This document shows positions 1-4,389 of a stretch of 4,389 nucleotides of DNA, one piece after another; position 1 is the stretch's first letter; the number at the start of each line of letters is the position of its first letter. The translations under genes and the position numbers were made by a program. Under the pieces are notes generated by a model that saw only the letters and a list, made by a program, of their open reading frames with translations, made no database searches and had not been told where the DNA came from. This DNA is from a virus. Lineage: Duplodnaviria; Heunggongvirae; Uroviricota; Caudoviricetes. The DNA lies in IMG/VR virus record IMGVR_UViG_2657245439_000012; one strand, 5' to 3'.

Positions 1-5
1 TGTGC

Positions 6-42
6 ATAAAAAAATCCGGAAACAAGTGAGCGTTTCCGGATT
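6..42 (-). terminator. Rho-independent terminator
   Basis: Perfect inverted repeat ATCCGGAAAC (14-23) / GTTTCCGGAT (32-41) with an 8-nt loop; on the minus strand the stem is followed by a run of 7 U (complement of the A-run at 8-14). On the plus strand the stem is followed by TCTTACAC, so it is much weaker in that direction. Confidence 0.7.
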
Positions 43-308
43 CTTACACAGCCACTGGATCGGTCAACTGATCCTTAACTGATCGGCATTACTCCGGAGA
101 GGGGCATTTTTGCATGCACATTCTTTTTCTTGCATGGTGCCGGGTGCCTCCCGGTGAATTCAGTATCAGCACCTGAATCCGCGATTATCACATATACCTG
201 GTTGCTGATTGCCCCTCCGCACAGGGGGATTCACCATGCAGTAGTATTTTTAATAAACAGCAAATAAAAAAATCAAGCATTATGCAGGCTGTTTCTTTTT
301 ATCACCGG

Positions 309-440
309 CTACAGCAATACCACAATGCCGCAGACCAGCACCCCATCCGCCAGCACCGACATGATTCTGCTGGTGAAATCCACCATCACCACCAGAAACA
401 GCAGGAGTGCAGCCACAGCCAGGCGCAGTTTTACCGTCAC
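309..440 (-). CDS. Small hydrophobic protein, 43 aa (VTVKLRLAVAALLLFLVVMVDFTSRIMSVLADGVLVCGIVVLL), predicted two-helix membrane peptide
   Basis: Own translation of the minus strand. GTG start (438-440) overlaps the TGA stop of the upstream TerB-like frame (GTGA overlap); GGAG sits 8 nt upstream of the GTG; stop TAG at 309-311. Below the length cutoff of the supplied ORF track. Two hydrophobic stretches. Short, so it could be chance. Confidence 0.3.
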   Translation of the reverse strand: MTVKLRLAVAALLLFLVVMVDFTSRIMSVLADGVLVCGIVVLL

Positions 441-897
441 AGGTGATTCTCCAGACGAAGACTCAGAACACCGGCAATCTCTTCCAGCACCTTGCGCTCT
501 TCCGGCTCAATTTCGCCGTCTGCCTCCGCAATGGCCACCGCCACATCCAGCACATCTTCCGCTTCACGCGTATCGTGTTTCACATCCTCGATCTCACGTA
601 ACGCCGCACGACGACCAATTTTAAAGTTCGTATCCAGCTGACCGATAATGGTTGCGCTAATCGCATTAATTTCTGACGTAAACGCGGACAGCGCAGGCTG
701 ATTACGCAGTACCTGTTCGATCTTCGCTTTCTAGGAAGCCTCACATTCACCATCTGCACAGGCCACCAGGTAGGCAGCATTAATAACCGCCTGTGCCAGA
801 TCGCGTTTCTCAAACTTTCCTTTTTCCGGTTAACGTGACACACCAATAACTCTTGTCGAAAAAGCCAGCAAGCTGAAAGACCGGTATTCACAACCAC
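437..897 (-). pseudogene. TerB-family (tellurite-resistance TerB-like) gene remnant, disrupted by an in-frame amber codon and a likely frameshift
   Basis: Minus-strand frame ending at TGA 437-439 translates to ...KFEKRDLAQAVINAAYLVACADGECEAS*KAKIEQVLRNQPALSAFTSEINAISATIIGQLDTNFKIGRRAALREIEDVKHDTREAEDVLDVAVAIAEADGEIEPEERKVLEEIAGVLSLRLENHL. It shows two hydrophobic-x-ADGE acidic repeats as I recall for TerB domains. In-frame TAG at 731-733; frame is closed upstream by TAA at 830-832 and contains no ATG anywhere. The only possible start is GTG 895-897 in another frame (track ORF 580..897), which would require a frameshift near the A5 tract at about 815-825. Confidence 0.5.
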
Positions 898-931
898 CAG
901 CGCGTTTACTGTACTGGCGTGATTTCAGTCA

Positions 932-957
932 TAAAAAAACCCGCCTGGCGACGGGTG
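932..957 (-). terminator. tR'-like intrinsic terminator downstream of the late promoter
   Basis: Minus-strand RNA ACCCG-UCGCCAGG-CGGGU followed by U7 (plus-strand A-run 932-938); located about 40-65 nt downstream of the predicted pR' start, as in lambdoid pR'-tR' units. The stem is only 5 bp. Confidence 0.55.
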
Positions 958-989
958 TAAAAAATCTTCTAACGTCAGGCATAAAACGC

Positions 990-1031
990 CCATCGTTAGG
1001 GCAAATTTACCACAGATTCGGGAAAAATCAA
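990..1031 (-). promoter_or_regulatory. Late promoter pR'-like with Q-utilisation (qut) / sigma-dependent pause element
   Basis: Minus strand reads TTGATT (-35, 1026-1031), 16-bp spacer, TGgTAAATT (extended -10, hexamer 1004-1009), then TGCCCT and AACGATGGG (992-997). I recall the lambda pR' layout as TAAATT-TGACTC-AACGATGGG, where AACGAT is the -10-like pause inducer. Lies immediately downstream of the Q stop codon (1037-1039). Confidence 0.6.
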
Positions 1032-1036
1032 CAAAG

Positions 1037-1858
1037 CTATCTGGTCACCTTTTTCAGTTGTTGTTCTGCCCATGCTTCTTCAATATCAAACTGCACCACC
1101 AGCGTATCGTAAAAACGTTTAACTGTTTTTTTCCATGTATCAAGAGATATGGCATCGGTTACATTACATATGGCATTAAATGCCTCCGTTGAAGGTAATC
1201 TTTCATAGCCACGACCACCACAACGCTGGCAGTCTCTGATAACAGGCATACCACGTTTTACCGACTCTTCACGATGAATGGCAACACCGCGCCCACGACA
1301 ATCTTTACAGGCAGTGGATACCTCTCCCTTCCCTCCACACTCCGGACAGGCAACTTTTACCACCTCCCTGACTTTTTTCCATTCCTCCCAGTAAGACGGA
1401 TACACGCCTTTTGTGCACTTTGCCCACACTGGCGGCTTACCATCCGGATACTGGATCTTGTTTGTAAAAACCTCGCTTTCAATAAATTTTTTTCCGTGAC
1501 AACAGGGGCACTGTTTTTTGCTCGCCGCGCTACGGGCATAATCTTCAAACGCATACGAAGCCATAATACGCATCACTGCCGGTTTTATTTCTGCCGGGAG
1601 TTTTCTTAACGCCGCCACGCGATCACACCGACTGAGTGCATATTCTGTCAGCAATTCTGTTGCCCGCTCTCTGTCATTCATACTAATGCCCATTTTCCCA
1701 AGGAACGCAGAAAACCCCATCTCAGCCCAATTCTGTGTCATGCCCTGCGCGGCCATCACATCAGTGATACTCAGCGTATCTTTCGACGTTGAGGCCGATG
1801 CATCAGTCAGGCCGGGGGATTTTGGGGAGTAGTATTTCGGTAAATCTTCCAGTTTCAT
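1037..1858 (-). CDS. Phage antitermination protein Q (late-gene regulator), 273 aa
   Basis: Track ORF. Cys-rich zinc-binding region (CPCCHGKK, CPECGGKG, CKDCRGRG, CQRCGGRG); N-terminus MKLEDLPKYYSPKSP and C-terminus KVTR resemble Qin/phage-82-type Q as far as I recall; sits directly upstream of a pR'/tR' unit and downstream of rusA, the canonical lambdoid position. ATG overlaps the rusA stop (ATGA). Confidence 0.7.
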   Translation of the reverse strand: MKLEDLPKYYSPKSPGLTDASASTSKDTLSITDVMAAQGMTQNWAEMGFSAFLGKMGISMNDRERATELLTEYALSRCDRVAALRKLPAEIKPAVMRIMASYAFEDYARSAASKKQCPCCHGKKFIESEVFTNKIQYPDGKPPVWAKCTKGVYPSYWEEWKKVREVVKVACPECGGKGEVSTACKDCRGRGVAIHREESVKRGMPVIRDCQRCGGRGYERLPSTEAFNAICNVTDAISLDTWKKTVKRFYDTLVVQFDIEEAWAEQQLKKVTR

Positions 1859-2229
1859 TTTTTGACCTGCCCTTCAAGCATTATGGGGTAAATTTTCACC
1901 CCCAGACGTCCACCAGATACTGGCTGAGCACGAACGATATTGATTTCATCAAACTGCTCATCGTCCATTAGCAACCCCGCATGCGTCAGCGCATCCAGCG
2001 GCGCTTTCAGAATATTGTCCAGGTCACGGCGGCGCTTATCCGGTGGCTCGGCAATAATCTTTATCGCCAGCCTTCCGGACAGGCTTAATTTCAGCCGCTG
2101 CTGGCGAACAATAAGCGCCACAGCCCGGCGATAACGCTCACCGGCTTTTGATACAAAATATGTGCTGCCACGACGTCGCCAGTAGGTGTTCACCGTCGGC
2201 GGGTAAAGCAAAACAAACTCTATACGCAT
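1855..2229 (-). CDS. rusA: Holliday junction resolvase RusA (crossover junction endodeoxyribonuclease), 124 aa
   Basis: Translation contains YPPTVNTYWRRRG, PDKRRRDLDNILKAPLDALTHAGLLMDDEQ and SGGRLGVKI, which align with RusA motifs (catalytic acidic residues in RRRDLDN and DD). SD AAGAGG lies 6 nt upstream of the ATG at 2227-2229; stop overlaps the Q start. Confidence 0.9.
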   Translation of the reverse strand: MRIEFVLLYPPTVNTYWRRRGSTYFVSKAGERYRRAVALIVRQQRLKLSLSGRLAIKIIAEPPDKRRRDLDNILKAPLDALTHAGLLMDDEQFDEINIVRAQPVSGGRLGVKIYPIMLEGQVKK

Positions 2230-2241
2230 CAGTAACCTCTT

Positions 2242-3291
2242 TTACCCGAGCACGCCGGTTGCAAAGGCGTGATCAAGAAAACGAAAAATTAAATCAACCT
2301 GGGAACCATGCTTTTCTTCGAACGCCAGCGGATCCGCATGAAGCTCGTTGTGATGCTCCCGACACAGCGGTAGCGTGAAAATATCGTGGGATTTTGTTCC
2401 CATTCCGCCCTGACCATGACCAATCAGATGATGAGGATCGTCCGCTGGCTTACCACAACACGCACACGGCTGTGTCTTTACCCAGCGTGTGTATTTCTCA
2501 TTTACCCAGCGGCGACGTTTAGGTCGTTTCATGAAGGATTCCGGAGACTCCGGATCAACGGCAATGCTGACCACCGTCTTTTCCTGTGGTGGGTTCTGTT
2601 GCTGGTGGGTGTGAGGCGGTAGCGCAATATTTTTTGTGCGCTGCTTCAGTATGCTGGTGGCGGTCTGCTCTCCCGGCACGATGTCGCTTTCACGGTACAT
2701 TGAGCGGATTTTTTCCGCACGCCCCCCCAGCGAACGACGTAATACCGCTTCCGGTAGCGCGTCCGCCACCTGATTGCGGACCGCCCACCAGGATAATTCA
2801 GCCAAAGATAATTCACGCTCCTGCGTACCGCTTATTGCGTGACCGATGACGTCAATCATCCATGCTGACAGGTTTTGATGAGCAAGTTGCTCGAGTGATT
2901 CGGATGTCTGGTCACGCAGCTGGTTGTCGCAGTGCCAGCACAACACCATTGCGCCGGTACCATAACGGTGAATGACAGTTTCGCTGTGATGATAATCGCC
3001 GTGTGGCCACTGGCAGGATTTAATATGGCGCAACAGCCAGTCAGACAATGCACCAGCACCACCAGCAGCACGAATCACCCGTGCGTTACTGAAAAACGGC
3101 AGCAATGTTTTGTCTTCCACCAGCGGCTGGCGAACGGCAGGAACGACCCCGGACGGCAGATTACGCATGCTTTTCGGTTCCGGCTCCATCAATACCCGGG
3201 TATTGTGGAATACTGGCATGGATTCACGGCCCGGCTTAACGATCACAAGCCCGAGTTCCGGTACCAGAACAGGTCGAAGTAATACCCGCAC
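2242..3291 (-). CDS. ydfU: YdfU-like prophage protein (DUF968 family) with C-terminal HNH-like Cys/His motif, 349 aa
   Basis: Track ORF; same length as the Qin prophage YdfU as I recall it, and in the same position between Q and rem/hok. C-terminus PCACCGKPADDPHHLIGHGQGG...LPLCREHHNELH looks like a His-Me finger (CxxC...HH...C..HH..H). The start as drawn is GTG 3289-3291 with GGAGG 4 nt upstream; the first in-frame ATG is at 3217-3219, so the N-terminus is uncertain. Confidence 0.75.
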   Translation of the reverse strand: MRVLLRPVLVPELGLVIVKPGRESMPVFHNTRVLMEPEPKSMRNLPSGVVPAVRQPLVEDKTLLPFFSNARVIRAAGGAGALSDWLLRHIKSCQWPHGDYHHSETVIHRYGTGAMVLCWHCDNQLRDQTSESLEQLAHQNLSAWMIDVIGHAISGTQERELSLAELSWWAVRNQVADALPEAVLRRSLGGRAEKIRSMYRESDIVPGEQTATSILKQRTKNIALPPHTHQQQNPPQEKTVVSIAVDPESPESFMKRPKRRRWVNEKYTRWVKTQPCACCGKPADDPHHLIGHGQGGMGTKSHDIFTLPLCREHHNELHADPLAFEEKHGSQVDLIFRFLDHAFATGVLG

Positions 3292-3292
3292 G

Positions 3293-3571
3293 TTACCTCC
3301 AGATGCGTTGCTGGAATGTGCGAGACGGACGCGGTGGGCGTTCAGAGTAAGGAAGCCTGACGGAGATTATCCAGTGACGGTAGTCGAGACTAAGGGCTTT
3401 CTTAACCTCGTATCCGCGCCTGCGGTAACACTGAATTGTCCATTCAGCCTGCTCTTCAGTACATGGAGGGTGTTGGAACCATTCAGACTTGAATGCGTGA
3501 GAATACCGCTCGTGCGTGCAGGCAAGAACGGGCGAATTATCAGAATTGTAATATTTTACGTTGCGTGCCAT
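3293..3571 (-). CDS. Hypothetical prophage protein, 92 aa, Cys-containing
   Basis: Track ORF. ATG 3569-3571 has GGAG 7 nt upstream; its TAA stop (3293-3295) lies 1 nt from the ydfU-like start inside that gene's SD, typical operon packing. No family recognised from sequence alone. Confidence 0.5.
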   Translation of the reverse strand: MARNVKYYNSDNSPVLACTHERYSHAFKSEWFQHPPCTEEQAEWTIQCYRRRGYEVKKALSLDYRHWIISVRLPYSERPPRPSRTFQQRIWR

Positions 3572-3637
3572 CGGTTTTCTCCGGTGGCACGGTGTTACTC
3601 AGCGGGAGTTCAGCCCCGCGCAAGATTGTAGATGAGT

Positions 3638-3889
3638 TTATTCTTCTGCAAAAGCTGAAAAGCCTGCTTTTATTCCGATCTCTTTCAGTGCCTGTAATGA
3701 AGTAACAAACTCACCTTCGCGCAAGATAAATCCGTCTGTCACTCGACCATCCACAAAATTAATTAACGCAGCCCCATTCTTTCGCAAACACATAATGCGG
3801 TAATGACTAACAAGATTTCCATTTTCAACGCACACAGCATAGAGGCCATCTTCACAAAAAATTTTACGCAGTTCTTCGATGTTCATCAT
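3638..3889 (-). CDS. rem: Small prophage protein, 83 aa; probably the Rem homologue, assigned by synteny and length only
   Basis: Track ORF. Tandem ATG ATG start with AAGGA 5 nt upstream; 83 aa and located immediately downstream of hok, matching the rem-hokD arrangement I recall for Qin. The sequence itself was not recognised. Confidence 0.45.
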   Translation of the reverse strand: MMNIEELRKIFCEDGLYAVCVENGNLVSHYRIMCLRKNGAALINFVDGRVTDGFILREGEFVTSLQALKEIGIKAGFSAFAEE

Positions 3890-3967
3890 CAGAATCCTTC
3901 CGGATAATTAGCTCTCCCCTTTAAGGGACCATCCCTCTTATCCCTGCGCGCTACTTAAGTATTTTTG

Positions 3968-3997
3968 ATTCTATTCCGGCGCCGTCCAGAACTTCAA
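3968..3997 (-). promoter_or_regulatory. Candidate sigma70 promoter for the rem-to-Q operon
   Basis: Minus strand TTGAAG (-35, 3992-3997), 18-bp spacer, TAGAAT (-10, 3968-3973), about 70 nt upstream of the rem-like ATG and just downstream of the hok terminator. Motif match only. Confidence 0.3.
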
Positions 3998-4005
3998 ACG
4001 CGTTG

Positions 4006-4036
4006 AAAATAAAAACAAAAACCCGCCGAAGCGGGT
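4006..4036 (-). terminator. Rho-independent terminator of the hok transcript
   Basis: Minus-strand RNA ACCCGC-UUCG-GCGGGU (6-bp GC stem, UUCG tetraloop) followed by UUUUUGUUUUUAUUUU; lies about 70 nt downstream of the hok stop. Confidence 0.75.
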
Positions 4037-4076
4037 TAAGTGCGGGTGCGTTGAGGATGCCTGCCACATCAGAGGT

Positions 4077-4098
4077 GGCGAGGGATTTCTCCCTCGCC
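4077..4098 (-). other. Stable stem-loop in the hok 3' UTR (possible fbi / 3'-processing structure)
   Basis: Perfect 9-bp inverted repeat GGCGAGGGA / TCCCTCGCC with a 4-nt loop, beginning 8 nt after the hok stop codon. Hok mRNAs are known to carry 3' fold-back elements; the functional assignment is inference. Confidence 0.4.
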
Positions 4099-4105
4099 GG
4101 GTCTC

Positions 4106-4261
4106 TTACTCCTCAGGTTCGTAAGCTGTGAAGACAGCGACCTCCGTCTGGCCGGTTCGGATTCGTACCTCGCAGAGGTCTTTCCTCGTTACCAGTGCCG
4201 TCACTATGACGGTTAAACAGATGACGATCAGGGCGATTAACATCGCCTTTTGCTGCTTCAT
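4106..4261 (-). CDS. hokD: Hok-family type I toxin (HokD/RelF-like small membrane toxin), 51 aa
   Basis: Translation from the internal ATG (4259-4261) gives MKQQKAMLIALIVICLTVIVTALVTRKDLCEVRIRTGQTEVAVFTAYEPEE, which matches HokD/RelF as I remember it; SD AAGGAG lies 9 nt upstream; stop TAA 4106-4108. Confidence 0.9.
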   Translation of the reverse strand: MKQQKAMLIALIVICLTVIVTALVTRKDLCEVRIRTGQTEVAVFTAYEPEE

Positions 4262-4318
4262 AGCCTGCTTCTCCTTGCCTTCCGGCACGTAAGAGGCTAA
4301 CCTACATGTGTCTAGCAT
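4106..4318 (-). CDS. mok: Mok-like in-frame leader ORF (modulator of killing), 70 aa, overlapping hok
   Basis: Track ORF begins MLDTCRLASYVPEGKEKQA and continues in frame into Hok; this resembles the MokC N-terminus (MLNTCR...KEKRA) as I recall it. GAGG lies 8 nt upstream of the ATG at 4316-4318. Confidence 0.55.
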   Translation of the reverse strand: MLDTCRLASYVPEGKEKQAMKQQKAMLIALIVICLTVIVTALVTRKDLCEVRIRTGQTEVAVFTAYEPEE

Positions 4319-4389
4319 GAAATTGGCCTCAGATTAATGTTAAGCGTCTTGCAGGACGCGTAATGTTAACTGGGGCTTTTCTCTATCTG
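4275..4389 (+). ncRNA. Candidate Sok-like antisense RNA region (promoter within the mok 5' end, transcript antisense to the mok initiation region); truncated by the window edge
   Basis: Expected from hok/sok architecture. Plus strand has a weak TTGCCT (4275-4280), 17-bp spacer, TAACCT (4298-4303), and a GCGTC-TTGCAG-GACGC hairpin at 4344-4359. No clear terminator is visible before the window ends. Confidence 0.25.

Noticed and set aside
205-245. Possible tRNA T-arm-like sequence (GGGGGATTCACC) in the non-coding region
   Set aside because: It does not fit the GTTCRANYC T-loop consensus and there is no acceptor stem or anticodon arm; no tRNA cloverleaf can be drawn.
325-624. Plus-strand track ORFs 325..624 (99 aa) and 407..601 (64 aa)
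   Set aside because: They lie antisense to the TerB-like frame and the coupled small ORF; the translations are low-complexity (Pro/Ala/Ser/His-rich) with no SD-start context, and minus-strand gene packing explains the region.
580-897. Minus-strand track ORF 580..897 (105 aa) as an independent gene
   Set aside because: Only its first 25 or so codons are plausibly ancestral (the pre-frameshift N-terminus of the TerB-like gene); the remainder is an out-of-frame read across the TerB-like domain and gives a basic, junk-like peptide.
906-932. ATG at 930-932 directly after the tR' U-run, giving an 8-codon ORF (MTEITPVQ)
   Set aside because: Too short, no SD, and it is in a different frame from the TerB-like remnant; most likely chance.
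1274-2378. Track ORFs 1274..1609 (+), 1357..1554 (-), 1789..1971 (+), 1940..2134 (+), 2148..2378 (+)
   Set aside because: All are embedded in or antisense to the well-supported Q, rusA and ydfU-like genes and have no independent start signals.
2386-3705. Track ORFs 2386..2622 (+), 2586..2849 (+), 2856..3071 (-), 2932..3282 (+), 3110..3631 (+), 3493..3705 (+)
   Set aside because: They overlap the ydfU-like gene, the 92-aa ORF or the rem-like gene on the opposite strand or in another frame; the minus-strand genes have coherent SD-start-stop coupling and these do not.
4319-4389. Expected relE 3' end upstream of hok (as in the K-12 relB-relE-hokD operon)
   Set aside because: None of the three minus-strand frames of this segment ends with a RelE-like C-terminus; relE may still lie just beyond the window edge, so it is neither called nor excluded.
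1-4389. CRISPR arrays, insertion sequences or integrase/attachment sites
   Set aside because: No spaced direct repeats, no transposase- or integrase-like ORF and no terminal inverted repeats were seen anywhere in the window.

Overview
The window reads as one minus-strand block from the regulatory/late-control region of a lambdoid (E. coli Qin-like) prophage; every gene I support is on the minus strand. In transcription order (right to left) it contains: a hok/mok type I toxin locus with its own intrinsic terminator (4006-4261/4318); an 83-aa Rem-like ORF; a 92-aa Cys-containing ORF; a 349-aa YdfU-like DUF968 protein; the Holliday-junction resolvase RusA; antiterminator Q; a lambda-like late promoter pR' with an AACGAT pause element and a tR' terminator; a degraded TerB-family gene; a translationally coupled 43-aa hydrophobic ORF; about 270 bp without ORFs; and a strong intrinsic terminator at 6-42. 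No holin/endolysin genes, tRNA, CRISPR array or transposase are visible. Identifications rest on reading the translations and on recalled family signatures and synteny; no database search was run. The plus-strand ORFs in the track all overlap tightly packed minus-strand genes and are treated as spurious.
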